Below, one piece after another: positions 10,169 through 20,025 of a stretch of DNA of 64,000 nucleotides. Position 1 is the first letter of the stretch. Each line of letters starts with the position of its first letter. The position numbers and the translations under genes were made by a program. The stretch covers positions 5,323 to 69,322 of the forward strand of contig JBGSRW010000009.1 of NCBI GenBank assembly GCA_041737355.1, in the 5' to 3' direction. Under the pieces are notes generated by a model. The model had not been told where the DNA came from. It saw nothing but the letters and a program-made list of their open reading frames with translations, and did no database searches. Origin of the DNA: Patescibacteria group bacterium (lineage in GTDB: Bacteria; Patescibacteriota; Patescibacteriia; XYB2-FULL-38-15).

Positions 10169-10201
10169 TTTAAATTTATCATATTTTCTTAATTTTGTCA
10201 A
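10169..10201 (-). promoter_or_regulatory. Sigma70-type promoter A
   Basis: TTGACA-17 nt-TAAATT with extended TG; near-identical to 11562-11594. Confidence 0.7.
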
Positions 10202-10306
10202 GAGTTGTTGACAGAATAAATAAAAATAGCCCTTACAAAAGGGCTTTATTTTATTAAAAGTTTATGCTATGATAACAAAATAATTAATCTTAAATTGTGC
10301 ATAAAT

Positions 10307-11065
10307 ATGCTCGAGAAAGAATTACAAAAATTAGGTCTGTCCGATAAAGAGGCTAAAGTTTATCTGTCCTCAATGGAACTTGGCCCTTCGCCCGTGCAAA
10401 ATATTGCCGGTAAAGCCGGAGTCAATCGGGCTACGACTTACGTGATGATCGAATCTTTAATTGGCAGGGGATTGATGAGCTCTTTTGAAAAAGGAAAGAA
10501 AAGATTTTTTACTTCAGGCTCTCCTGATCATCTTTTGGCCTTGCTCCACAAAGAGGAAGTTGAAATTAAAGAAAAAACCCGACAATTTGAAGAAATTTTG
10601 CCGGAATTGAAAACCCTTTTCGCCGCGGCCGAAGAAAAACCAAGATTAAGATTCTTCGAAGGCGCGGAAGGGTTAAGAGCGATTCAGGATGATATTTTAA
10701 AATCGAAATATGAGAGTTTTGAGGAAGTTGTGGCGCTGGATGAGTTTTACAAAATTTTTCCTCCCGACGACAAAGACCACAGAAAAAAATTGTCGGATAA
10801 GACAAAAGACATGTCTTTCAGGCTTATTTATACGACAGCCAAAGGGAAATCCCTATCCTCAAAAGAGGGAAGAAGAGAAAGGCGCTACATCCCGCCGGAA
10901 AAATTTCCTTTTTCAACCGATTTGGTTATCTATGGGCAAAAGGTAGCAATCGGAGTCTGCAAGGGTAAAATTATTGGAGTTATTATCGAGAGTAAGGAAA
11001 TCAGTGAAACCTTGAGGGCAATTTTCAACCTGGCCTGGGATGCGGCGGAAAAATACCAGAAATAA
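10307..11065 (+). CDS. TrmB-family transcriptional regulator
   Basis: LGLSDKEAKVYL..IAGKAGVNRATTYVMIESLIGRGL winged HTH, FFEGAEG linker and PLD-like effector domain. Confidence 0.88.
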   Translation: MLEKELQKLGLSDKEAKVYLSSMELGPSPVQNIAGKAGVNRATTYVMIESLIGRGLMSSFEKGKKRFFTSGSPDHLLALLHKEEVEIKEKTRQFEEILPELKTLFAAAEEKPRLRFFEGAEGLRAIQDDILKSKYESFEEVVALDEFYKIFPPDDKDHRKKLSDKTKDMSFRLIYTTAKGKSLSSKEGRRERRYIPPEKFPFSTDLVIYGQKVAIGVCKGKIIGVIIESKEISETLRAIFNLAWDAAEKYQK

Positions 11066-11137
11066 AAAAATAGCCCGGTAATATGGTGCTGCGTCTCTGA
11101 TCTTGTAGCCAAGATGCAGACACCTTATTCCCGGGCT
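11064..11137 (-). terminator. Terminator of minus-strand transcript B
   Basis: Minus strand: agcccgg..ccgggct long hairpin followed by ATTTTTTT. Confidence 0.7.
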
Positions 11138-11250
11138 TTGCGCCAGGGTTGAAGTCGGCTCGTGCCGGTTTATCTTCCCAGACGCTGGTTCTTCACTTCG
11201 ATCCGATTGGACCGACGACTTCCGCTCGTGCGGCAGGAGAAGGAGAGTCG

Positions 11251-11328
11251 TTACCCACCTTCACCACAGTTCGCCGTCCGTCGCTTCTGAAACCATCTTG
11301 AACCACTTCCGTGAGCTCCCCAAAACAT
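11251..11328 (-). CDS. Putative 25-aa small peptide (MFWGAHGSGSRWFQKRRTANCGEGG)
   Basis: AAGGAGGT 9 nt upstream of ATG; the SD is sequestered in a cctcc/ggagg hairpin. Confidence 0.3.
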   Translation of the reverse strand: MFWGAHGSGSRWFQKRRTANCGEGG

Positions 11329-11382
11329 GACGTTCATACCTCCTTCGCGGAGGACTTATCGGAAAGCAGCAAGCCAAGACCG

Positions 11383-11442
11383 TTAGGCCTCAAAGCTCTG
11401 CCGCGAAAATCCCGGGGCGATCACGAAATTGTGACCAAGCAC
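11383..11442 (-). CDS. Putative 19-aa leader peptide (MLGHNFVIAPGFSRQSFEA)
   Basis: AAAGGAGG 8 nt upstream of GTG. Confidence 0.3.
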   Translation of the reverse strand: MLGHNFVIAPGFSRQSFEA

Positions 11443-11561
11443 CAAAGGATCCTCCTTTCTAGCGGCGTAAGCTTAAAAGCCCGCGAGTCGGTCGAGAAGT
11501 CGAGCTGCCATCCAAAAAAGTCTCCGCAATCTGATGCGGCGGGACACCCCGCCTTTGATGG

Positions 11562-11594
11562 TTTAAATTTATCATATTTCAGAAGTTTTGTCAA
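11562..11594 (-). promoter_or_regulatory. Sigma70-type promoter B
   Basis: TTGACA-17 nt-TAAATT with extended TG; shares 18-nt and 9-nt identical blocks with promoter A. Confidence 0.7.
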
Positions 11595-11632
11595 TAGTTA
11601 ATAACAAAAGGCGGATTTTTAAAAGAAAAAGT

Positions 11633-12613
11633 ATGTCTTTCAGCGAGATTATCGGCCATAAAAATGTTATAAGTTTTTTAGAAAAAAGCGTGAAAAACGG
11701 TCAAGTTTCCCACGCTTATTTGTTTTATGGCCCGAAACGGCTCGGTAAGGGAACAATCGCGGAAAAATTCGCCGAGATGCTCGTTGGCCAGCCGGTTGCC
11801 GGGCATCCGGATGTTTATTTTATCCGCCGGGAGAAAGATGAAAAAGAGGAGAAAATGATGAGTGAAATAAGTATTGCTCAGATGCGGGAATTGGAGAGAA
11901 AACTTTCCTTAAGCTCCTTTTTAAACTCGTATAAAATTGCTATTATAGAAGAGGCGGAAACTATGAGTATTGAGGCGGCCAACAGTCTTTTGAAGACCCT
12001 GGAAGAGCCGACGCCAAAAACGCTGATTATTCTTTTATCTTCAAGTTTGTCGGCGCTGCCGGCAACGATAGTTTCGCGCTGCCAGACCTTAAAATTTTTG
12101 CCGGTCAGCGAAAAAGAAATTTACCAATATCTGGTCGGCCGGGGAGCGGGAAGGGACGAAGCTCAAAATTTTTCCAAGGCCTCATGGGGAAAACCGGGAG
12201 CGGCCATAAATTTTTGGGAAACAAGAAACGAAAGCGATTCTTCGGCGATGGCCAGCTATCTCGAGGACGTGAAAGGGATAATTGATCTCATGAAAGATGA
12301 TACTTTGGCTGGAAAAATGAAAATTTTTGAAAAATATTTTAATAAAGAAAAAGCTCCGGAAGATCTCACCAACTCTCTGAACAGAATTTTGTCGCTTTGG
12401 ATTTCCGTCTTGCGCGATGCGGCGCTCGTAAAAACAAATTGTTCGGAGATGATTTCCAATCAGATATTTCTTGAGGACATAAAAAAAATAGCCCGAAGGT
12501 TTGACGCGGGGTTTTTCCCCAAACTTTACGGAGAAATAGGCCAGGCGAGCCGTTATTTCCGGGACAATTTCAACCCCCGGTTAGTTTTGGAAAATTTAAT
12601 GTTATCTTTTTAA
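11633..12613 (+). CDS. holB: DNA polymerase III subunit delta'
   Basis: HAYLFYGPKRLGK, HPD, AANSLLKTLEEP and TIVSRC motifs; ATG start at 11633. Confidence 0.9.
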   Translation: MSFSEIIGHKNVISFLEKSVKNGQVSHAYLFYGPKRLGKGTIAEKFAEMLVGQPVAGHPDVYFIRREKDEKEEKMMSEISIAQMRELERKLSLSSFLNSYKIAIIEEAETMSIEAANSLLKTLEEPTPKTLIILLSSSLSALPATIVSRCQTLKFLPVSEKEIYQYLVGRGAGRDEAQNFSKASWGKPGAAINFWETRNESDSSAMASYLEDVKGIIDLMKDDTLAGKMKIFEKYFNKEKAPEDLTNSLNRILSLWISVLRDAALVKTNCSEMISNQIFLEDIKKIARRFDAGFFPKLYGEIGQASRYFRDNFNPRLVLENLMLSF

Positions 12614-12625
12614 TAATTTAACTTT

Positions 12626-13681
12626 ATGAAAAAAAATCATCTCATCTTATTTCTGGTTGCCGGTATGATCCTGATGGGTCCGGGCTGTATCAGTTTTAGC
12701 GGCGGATCGTCCGGCGGAAACGACGGCGGAGTTTTCAAATCGACCGACAAAGCCGAAAATTGGCAGCAAAAAGTCGCGGTAGCGGCCACAACGCCGTCCA
12801 CCATTGCCAATGTCAATGTCGTGACCATGGTTTTTGATCCCGAGGATTCGCGGACAATTTACCTCGGAACGGCGGAAAACGGCCTGTTTTATACTTTGGA
12901 CGGGGGAGAATCGTGGTTTTCCGGAGGAGCCCTTTCGGCCGGAAAAATAAATTCCATAGGCGTTGACGCAAAGGATAAATGCAATGTTTACGCTTCCATC
13001 GGTAACAAAATTTTTAAGACTTCGGACTGTCTCCGGTCTTGGCAGAATGTCTATGTCGATACTAGGGCCGACCAGGCGGTTACGGCTATCGCGGTTGATT
13101 CCTACAATCCGACAATAGTTTATGCCGGTCTTTCGGGCGGAGATTTTTTGAAATCAACCGACCGGGGGGCAAGCTGGGCGGTAACGAAAAGATTTGAAAA
13201 TCAAATCGCGAAAATTTTGGTAAACTTTTACGATACAAGAATTGTTTATGTCGCAACTTCCGAACGCGGTATCTGGAAATCGACGGACGGGGGAGCGAAC
13301 TGGGCGGATTTGAGCGAAAAATTGAATCAATACGACGGGGCGAGAAGTTTCAAAAATTTGCTGATGGATGTCGCCCAGCGCGACGCCTTGTTCCTCGTTT
13401 CCCGTTACGGAATTTTGAAATCTTCTGACGGGGGAGCGAACTGGCAGCCAATCGGGCTTCTTACGCCGCCCGGCAGCATCGATATTTCCGCTTCAGCGAT
13501 CAATCCGCAAAACGGAAACGAGATTTATTACGGGACAACCTCGACGCTTTATAAAACGGCCGACGGCGGAGCAAGATGGGTGACGAGAAAACTTCCGACA
13601 ACCCGCATCGCGACCTTTTTGACGGTTGATCCGGCGAACGGAGGGACCGTCTATCTCGGAACAACCAAACCAAAGCAATAA
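12626..13681 (+). CDS. BNR/YCF48-like beta-propeller lipoprotein
   Basis: Lipobox-like GPGC, multiple SxDGGxxW Asp-box repeats. Confidence 0.85.
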   Translation: MKKNHLILFLVAGMILMGPGCISFSGGSSGGNDGGVFKSTDKAENWQQKVAVAATTPSTIANVNVVTMVFDPEDSRTIYLGTAENGLFYTLDGGESWFSGGALSAGKINSIGVDAKDKCNVYASIGNKIFKTSDCLRSWQNVYVDTRADQAVTAIAVDSYNPTIVYAGLSGGDFLKSTDRGASWAVTKRFENQIAKILVNFYDTRIVYVATSERGIWKSTDGGANWADLSEKLNQYDGARSFKNLLMDVAQRDALFLVSRYGILKSSDGGANWQPIGLLTPPGSIDISASAINPQNGNEIYYGTTSTLYKTADGGARWVTRKLPTTRIATFLTVDPANGGTVYLGTTKPKQ

Positions 13682-13705
13682 CAAATTATAGATAAAAATA
13701 AAAAT

Positions 13706-14260
13706 ATGAATAGTCTTTTGGAAACACACAAACCTAATTTCGCCAAAGTTTTGGAACACCTCAAAACTGAATTGTCATCTCTCCGGACCGGACGGGCTCA
13801 TCCTTCGATTGTGGAAAATATTATTGTCGAGGCATACGGGGTTAAAACTCCCATCCGCGGTTTGGCCAATATTATAATTTCCGATCCGAAGACCCTGATC
13901 GTTGAGCCGTGGGATAAGAGTGTTATCAAGGATATGGAAAAAGCTATTCAGATGGCCAATATTGGGATCAATCCGGTAAATGAGGGAACAAAGATCCGCC
14001 TTTCCATGCCCCAGATGACCGAGGAAAACCGCAAGGAAATGATAAAAATTATGGGGCAGAAATTGGAACAGTCGCGGATCAGTTTACGGAGCGTTCGGGA
14101 AATGGTTAAGGATGAAATCGCCAAAGCGGAAAAAGATAACAAAATTGCCGAAGATGAAAAGTTCCGGGCGACGGAAGAATTGGAGAAATTCGTTAAAGAA
14201 CAGAACGACGAGATAAAAGCGATTGGCGATAAAAAAGAGCAGGAATTAATGACAATCTAA
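13706..14260 (+). CDS. frr: Ribosome recycling factor
   Basis: LRTGRAHPS, PWDKS, MPQMTEENRK and KKEQELM motifs. Confidence 0.96.
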   Translation: MNSLLETHKPNFAKVLEHLKTELSSLRTGRAHPSIVENIIVEAYGVKTPIRGLANIIISDPKTLIVEPWDKSVIKDMEKAIQMANIGINPVNEGTKIRLSMPQMTEENRKEMIKIMGQKLEQSRISLRSVREMVKDEIAKAEKDNKIAEDEKFRATEELEKFVKEQNDEIKAIGDKKEQELMTI

Positions 14261-14265
14261 TTTTT

Positions 14266-15600
14266 ATGGCGCAAAAAGAAAATCAAAACGAATTGATGGA
14301 AAAAATAGTTTCCTTGTGTAAACGCCGCGGTTTTATTTTTCCCGGTTCGGAAATTTACGGAGGTTTGAGTAATTCCTGGGATTACGGACCGTTGGGCGTT
14401 GAACTTAAAAATAATATCAAACAGGCCTGGTGGAGAAAATTTGTCCATCAGAGAACCGATATGGTCGGGATTGACGCGGCCTTGATTATGAATCCGAAAG
14501 TCTGGGAGGCCTCGGGGCATCTGCAAAATTTTACCGATCCCTTGGTTGAATGCAAAAAATGCCATAACCGTTTCCGGGCCGACAAAATCGAAAGCGACAA
14601 ATGTCCGGATTGCGGCGGCGAGCTTACTTCGGCAAAACAGTTCAATTTGATGTTCAAGACTTTTATCGGATCTTCCGAAGAATCGGCCAACATCGCTTAT
14701 TTCCGTCCGGAAACCGCTCAGGCCATGTTTGTCGATTTCCGATCCGTGCTCGATAGCAGTCGGAAAAGAATTCCTTTTGGCATTGCCCAAGTCGGCAAAG
14801 CTTTCAGGAACGAAATCACACCGGGAAATTTCATTTTCCGGACGCGCGAATTTGAACAGATGGAAATAGAATATTTTATCCGGGAGAAAGAATGGGGAAA
14901 AAGTTTTGAATATTGGCTTAGCGAAATGTACGACTGGATGAAAATGTTGGGATTAAAAAAAGAGCATCTGCACGACCTTGAAGTTCCGGACGGCGAGCGC
15001 GCCCATTACTCCAAGAGAACCATTGATATTGAATATGATTTTCCGTTTGGCAAAGACGAGCTTTACGGCATTGCTTACCGGACGGATTTTGATTTAGGGA
15101 ACCATTCAAAATCAAGCGGCCAGGAATTGGTTTATACCGATCCGGAAAGCAAAGAAAAATTTATTCCCCACGTGATCGAGCCGACTTTCGGTGTTGACCG
15201 TTCGGTACTCGCGGTTTTGACGGAGAGCTACACCGAAGAAGAAGCCCCGACCTCGGAAGAAGGAAAAACCGAGCCGAGAATAGTTTTAAAATTTCCAAAA
15301 TGGCTCGCCCCGGTTAAGGTTGCTATCTTGCCGCTTTCTAAAAAAGAAGAATTATCAAAAGTGGCGCGGCCGCTTTACGAAGAGTTGGTCAAGCATTTCG
15401 TTTGCGAATACGACGAGACCCAGTCGATCGGCAAACGTTACCGCCGCCAAGATGAAATCGGCACGCCGTATTGTGTGACGGTTGATTTTGAAACGCTCGA
15501 AGACAAAGCCGTGACGGTCCGCGACCGCGATACGATGAAACAGGAGAGAATAAAAATTGCCGAGCTGGCCGATTACTTAAAAGAGAAATTAAATTTGTAG
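14266..15600 (+). CDS. glyQS: Glycine--tRNA ligase (alpha2 type)
   Basis: RPETAQ, FRNEITPGNFIFRTREFEQME and IGKRYRRQDEIGTP motifs. Confidence 0.96.
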   Translation: MAQKENQNELMEKIVSLCKRRGFIFPGSEIYGGLSNSWDYGPLGVELKNNIKQAWWRKFVHQRTDMVGIDAALIMNPKVWEASGHLQNFTDPLVECKKCHNRFRADKIESDKCPDCGGELTSAKQFNLMFKTFIGSSEESANIAYFRPETAQAMFVDFRSVLDSSRKRIPFGIAQVGKAFRNEITPGNFIFRTREFEQMEIEYFIREKEWGKSFEYWLSEMYDWMKMLGLKKEHLHDLEVPDGERAHYSKRTIDIEYDFPFGKDELYGIAYRTDFDLGNHSKSSGQELVYTDPESKEKFIPHVIEPTFGVDRSVLAVLTESYTEEEAPTSEEGKTEPRIVLKFPKWLAPVKVAILPLSKKEELSKVARPLYEELVKHFVCEYDETQSIGKRYRRQDEIGTPYCVTVDFETLEDKAVTVRDRDTMKQERIKIAELADYLKEKLNL

Positions 15601-15607
15601 ATTAAAT

Positions 15608-16879
15608 ATGTTTCAAAAAAAAATTTTAAAGAACGGCGTCCGGATGATTACCGCGCCGATCGCCGGAACCGAAGCGGCGACAATTTTGGTTTTGTATAAA
15701 GTCGGTTCGCGCTACGAAACGAAAGAAGTGAACGGCATTTCCCATTTTATAGAACACATGATGTTCAAGGGAACAGCGAAACGTCCGGACACCTTGGCTA
15801 TCTCCCGCGACCTGGACAGCGTCGGAGCCGAATATAATGCTTTTACTTCCCGCGACCATACCGGCTACTACATAAAGATTGAACAGGATAAAATTGAACT
15901 GGCTCTCGACATGCTCTCGGACATGCTTTTCAATTCCAAGTTCGATGAAGAGGAAATCCGGCGCGAGGCGGGAGTAATATCTGAAGAGATAAGGATGTAT
16001 GAAGACAATCCGATAATGTTTATTGACGATCTGTTCGAGCAGACGCTGTTTGGCGATCATCCGCTCGGCTGGAAAATAAGCGGAGACGTGGCAACGGTTA
16101 GAAGCTTCAACCGGAAAAAAATGCTGGAGTACCGAGATGAATATTATCAGCCGAATAATCTTGTTTTGATTCTGGCCGGGAAATTCGGGGAGAAAGATGT
16201 AGCTCTGGCGGAAAAATATTTCGGTTCCTCGGGCGTGAAAGTTGATCCGGCCTTCAATAAATTCGATTTTGGCGGGGGGAAAAACGCCGGATCGAAAATA
16301 AAAATCCAATACAAAGATACCGAACAGGTTCAATTGGCTCTCGGATTTCCGGGGTTTTCTTATTTTGATTCGGAAATTTATGCCCTGCAGCTTTTGGCAA
16401 TAATTTTGGGCGGCTACATGAGTTCCCGGCTTTTTATCTCTATCCGTGAGAAGCGGGGATTGTGCTATTTTATAAAATCTTATGTCAATGTTTACGAAGA
16501 TGTCGGAAATTTAGTTATCCAGTCTGGTCTTGATAAAACAAGAATTACTTCGGCAATCGGGGCGATTTTTGAAGAATTGGATAAAGTATCGCGCGAGGGG
16601 ATTGAAAAGGAAGAACTTGAGCGGGCTAAAGAGTGTATAAAAGGACGTCTGGTTTTGGCTCTTGAGGATTCAAGCCAGGTTGCCGATTGGTTTGCCAAAC
16701 AGGAGCTTTTGACCAAAGAAATTCTTACGCCCGAAGAAAAGTTAAAGAAAATATTCGCTGTCACTGCCGCCGATATCCAAAAAGTCGCCAAGGAAGTAAT
16801 GCAAAAGAAAAAAATGAGCTTGGCTCTGATTGGGCCGTTCAAGGACGAAGCGCCTTTCGCCAAATTTTTAAAAATTTAA
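15608..16879 (+). CDS. M16 family (pitrilysin) zinc peptidase
   Basis: HFIEH inverted zinc motif; SSRLF..IREKRGLCY. Confidence 0.93.
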   Translation: MFQKKILKNGVRMITAPIAGTEAATILVLYKVGSRYETKEVNGISHFIEHMMFKGTAKRPDTLAISRDLDSVGAEYNAFTSRDHTGYYIKIEQDKIELALDMLSDMLFNSKFDEEEIRREAGVISEEIRMYEDNPIMFIDDLFEQTLFGDHPLGWKISGDVATVRSFNRKKMLEYRDEYYQPNNLVLILAGKFGEKDVALAEKYFGSSGVKVDPAFNKFDFGGGKNAGSKIKIQYKDTEQVQLALGFPGFSYFDSEIYALQLLAIILGGYMSSRLFISIREKRGLCYFIKSYVNVYEDVGNLVIQSGLDKTRITSAIGAIFEELDKVSREGIEKEELERAKECIKGRLVLALEDSSQVADWFAKQELLTKEILTPEEKLKKIFAVTAADIQKVAKEVMQKKKMSLALIGPFKDEAPFAKFLKI

Positions 16880-16885
16880 TTTTTT

Positions 16886-17659
16886 ATGAAAAAAAAGATT
16901 TTTGTCGCCAACTGGAAAATGAATCTTTCGGTTTCCGAAGCGGCCGATCTTACCGGGAGTCTCGGGAAAGAGCTCGGGAAGCTTGATTTGGGAAAAGTGG
17001 AAATTGTTCTTTGCCCTTCATTCACTTCGCTTTTTTCTTTGCATGAATTATTGGAAGCGGACAACCCGGCGGATTTAAAATTGGGAGCGCAGGATGTTTT
17101 TAGGGAAGAAAAAGGAGCTTTTACCGGAGAAATATCCCCGAAGATGCTTGAAGATGTCGGCTGCAATTATGTAATTGTCGGCCATTCGGAGCGGAGGGTG
17201 AATTTCGGCGAAACTGACGAAACGGTTAATCAAAAAGTCAAAGCCGTCCTAAAGCACGATATTACCCCGATAATATGCGTCGGAGAAACTTTTGACGAGA
17301 GGCAGAAGGGTCTGAGAGACGTTATAGTCGCGAGACAAACCGGCAAGGCGCTTCACGGCGTCGAGCTTTTTGGCAATAAAAAAGTAATTATTGCCTACGA
17401 ACCGATTTGGGTGATAGGAACGGGCCAGGCGGTCATTCCGGAAGATGCTGATCACTCGCACCGGATCATCCGCGAGGCGCTTCTTGAAATTTTCCCGGTC
17501 GATATCGTCGAAAAACATTTCCGGATCATTTATGGAGGGAGTGTTGACAGTAAAAATATCAAAGATTTTGTTGAACAGGAGGGGATTGACGGAGTTTTGG
17601 TCGGAGGAGCATCGCTTAAAGTCGACGAATTTGTTAAAATGATAAAAGGGATTGTCTAA
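16886..17659 (+). CDS. tpiA: Triosephosphate isomerase
   Basis: ANWKMN, GHSERR, AYEPIW, YGGSV and LVGGASL motifs. Confidence 0.97.
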   Translation: MKKKIFVANWKMNLSVSEAADLTGSLGKELGKLDLGKVEIVLCPSFTSLFSLHELLEADNPADLKLGAQDVFREEKGAFTGEISPKMLEDVGCNYVIVGHSERRVNFGETDETVNQKVKAVLKHDITPIICVGETFDERQKGLRDVIVARQTGKALHGVELFGNKKVIIAYEPIWVIGTGQAVIPEDADHSHRIIREALLEIFPVDIVEKHFRIIYGGSVDSKNIKDFVEQEGIDGVLVGGASLKVDEFVKMIKGIV

Positions 17660-17679
17660 AAATTTCAAAAAATAAATTC

Positions 17680-18549
17680 ATGCCGATTGTCCACATAAAA
17701 AATTTAGTCAAAGGAGCCGAGCGCGGCAAATACGGGCTTGGCGCTTTTAATACGCAAAATCTTGAAATCACATTGGGGATTGTCCGCGGCGCGGAGCGTA
17801 TGGAAGCGCCGGTCATAGTCCAGGTGAGCGAGGCAACAATAGATTACGCCGGATTAAAACCGATTACCCATATCGTAGAGACAGTGGCAAAAAATTTAGC
17901 CTTGCGGGCTCCGATGGCGTTGCATTTGGATCACGGCAAGAAATTCCAGTCAATCGTCGAGTGCATTAAAGCCGGTTTTTCCTCGATTATGATGGACGCT
18001 TCGGATTTACCTTTTGATGAAAATGTCGCCCTGACCAGGAAAGCGGTTCAGTATGCCCATAAACACGGCGTTTGGGCCCAAGGGGAATTGGGAAGACTGA
18101 AAGGAATCGAGGATACGGTAAAGGTTGCCGGACGGGACGCTTTCATGACTCACCCCGACGAGGCGGCGGAGTTCGTCAAAAAAACCGGAGTTGATACCCT
18201 GGCTGTTTCTATAGGCAATATCCACGGAATCGTTAAATTAAGAAAAGGGGTCCCCAAACTTGACTTGCAAAGACTGAGGGAAATTTCCCGGAAGGTAGGG
18301 ATTCCGCTCGTTCTGCATGGCGCCTCCGGTATAAAAAAAGACGAAATAGAAAAAGCGATAAAATTAGGAATTAAAATTATCAATATTGATACGGAAATCA
18401 GGCTGGCTTTTACCGAATCCCTGAGAAAGACTTTGGCTGGCGACCGACAGATATACGATCCGCGCAAGGTTTTATCGCCGGCGATAAAAGAAGTTGAAGA
18501 AATTGTTTCCGCAAAGATAAAAATTTTTGGCAGTGAGGGTAAATTTTAA
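17680..18549 (+). CDS. fba: Class II fructose-1,6-bisphosphate aldolase
   Basis: LHLDHG, GNIHG, LVLHGASG, KIINIDT and YDPRK motifs. Confidence 0.95.
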   Translation: MPIVHIKNLVKGAERGKYGLGAFNTQNLEITLGIVRGAERMEAPVIVQVSEATIDYAGLKPITHIVETVAKNLALRAPMALHLDHGKKFQSIVECIKAGFSSIMMDASDLPFDENVALTRKAVQYAHKHGVWAQGELGRLKGIEDTVKVAGRDAFMTHPDEAAEFVKKTGVDTLAVSIGNIHGIVKLRKGVPKLDLQRLREISRKVGIPLVLHGASGIKKDEIEKAIKLGIKIINIDTEIRLAFTESLRKTLAGDRQIYDPRKVLSPAIKEVEEIVSAKIKIFGSEGKF

Positions 18550-18575
18550 ATAAAAAAATTAAACATTGAAAATTA

Positions 18576-18608
18576 TCCGCCCGAGGCGGGTTCGCCTCTC
18601 GAAGCGGA
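18576..18608. repeat. REP-like double hairpin
   Basis: ccgcc-cga-ggcgg followed by ttcgc..gcgga in an otherwise AT-rich spacer. Confidence 0.35.
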
Positions 18609-18629
18609 GGAATTTAAAATTATATATTT

Positions 18630-19415
18630 ATGTCTCCTTACGATATTATTCCGCTAGTGATCATAGTTGTTTCCTTGGCCTTTATTATTTTTATAATTGT
18701 CAGAAAATTTCCTGTTTTGGCGGCAATCGACATCGGGTCGATAAAGAGTGAACAGGAGGCGGCAAAAAAAGAGGAGATTATCGCGTCCCGCCTGGAAAGA
18801 AAAATTACCGGTTTTGGAAATTTTTTATCCAAAGTTTTTTCTCCTCTTGGCGAATTTTTTAAAAATATTTTTAAAAAAGTCCATGGCCGGGCGCGGAGCC
18901 TGGAAGCCGAGTATGTCAAGAAAAAAGACAAGGAAGCGTCATCTCCGGCCGAAATCGAACAAAAAATAAAATCATTGTTTTTTTTGGTTGAAGAACTGGT
19001 CAAAGAAAAAAAGTTTGATGAAGCGGAGCAAAAATGCATAGAAATAATTTCCTTTGATCATAAGAACACCGACGCTTACAAAAAATTAGGATTTATTTAT
19101 CTCGAACAGAAAAATTATAATAATGCCGAAGAAACATTTGCTCATATTCTCAAATTGATTCCCGACGATGTGGAAACCTTGATTGATTTGGGGCTTCTCC
19201 TTAAGCAGCGGGACGAAAAAGAAAAGGCCCTGCAAAGTTTTTCCAGAGCAGTTGAAATTGAACCGACAAATCCCAAAAACCTTGATTTTTTAATTGAGAT
19301 AAGTATAATGGTAGGGAATAAGGGTTTGGCTTCAAAAACGCTCGAAAAGCTGAAGGAAGTCAACCCCGAGAATCAGAAGTTGGAAGAACTGGAGGAAAGA
19401 ATAAAAAATATTTAG
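18630..19415 (+). CDS. Membrane-anchored TPR protein
   Basis: N-terminal TM helix followed by TPR repeats (AYKKLGFIY.., LIDLGLLL..AVEIEP). Confidence 0.85.
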   Translation: MSPYDIIPLVIIVVSLAFIIFIIVRKFPVLAAIDIGSIKSEQEAAKKEEIIASRLERKITGFGNFLSKVFSPLGEFFKNIFKKVHGRARSLEAEYVKKKDKEASSPAEIEQKIKSLFFLVEELVKEKKFDEAEQKCIEIISFDHKNTDAYKKLGFIYLEQKNYNNAEETFAHILKLIPDDVETLIDLGLLLKQRDEKEKALQSFSRAVEIEPTNPKNLDFLIEISIMVGNKGLASKTLEKLKEVNPENQKLEELEERIKNI

Positions 19416-19418
19416 AAA
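19334..19418 (+). repeat. 85-bp direct repeat, copy 1
   Basis: Identical to 20350-20434; spans the 3' end of the TPR gene. Confidence 0.95.
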
Positions 19419-19422
19419 TTGT

Positions 19423-19776
19423 ATGGATAAAAATGAAGTAGACAACTATTTAAAGAACAAAACGGTTCTTCACCCTGCCATTTTGAAAGTATGGGAAGAA
19501 CTTTCTGACAGGGGAGCATTAAAAGGACTTTCTGATGATGAGGTTTTGGAGGTTGTGGTCTCCGTTTGTGAGGGGTTGATAAAAAGCAAGGGCGGGAATC
19601 TCGATTATAACGGAGGGAAACCTTTTGATGAATCGGATATTCCTACGGAGTTTTACATGCACGAATCTGACCCGGAAAATTCTGTAAAATTTACAAAAGA
19701 GCAAACCGACCAAGTGAATGAGTATGTAAAGAACCATCCCGACGAGGGGCTTTGGAAAATCGCCTACGACGAGTAA
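19423..19776 (+). CDS. Hypothetical acidic protein (117 aa)
   Basis: Clean ORF; no recognisable motif. Confidence 0.6.
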   Translation: MDKNEVDNYLKNKTVLHPAILKVWEELSDRGALKGLSDDEVLEVVVSVCEGLIKSKGGNLDYNGGKPFDESDIPTEFYMHESDPENSVKFTKEQTDQVNEYVKNHPDEGLWKIAYDE

Positions 19777-20025
19777 AGAAGTGTTGAAAGGTATTATTTA
19801 GAGGTTTTAGGGCTATCGCCTCGCTGGCGAAGGATTTATAGGGCAAAGTGGGGCTGGTGGTGTAACGGAGGAGGACTTAGTTCGTCAAAAGGAGTAGAAA
19901 CCACCTGGGCGAGGTATCTGGACGATATACAAGTAAGACGGACAGTTAGCAGCCCTTCCGGACTCTTGACAAATTCCTGAAAATGTGGTATAGTAATTAA
20001 ATATGCGTAAATCTTGTGTCATAAT

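Noticed and set aside
11311-11601. 96-aa plus-strand ORF
   Set aside because: No SD or motif, and it is antisense to a unit with a clear minus-strand promoter, SDs and terminator
19850-19956. tRNA-like or other ncRNA starting GGGCTGGTGGTGTAACGG and closing with CAGCCC
   Set aside because: No T-arm or CCA and only short, ambiguous stems; insufficient support
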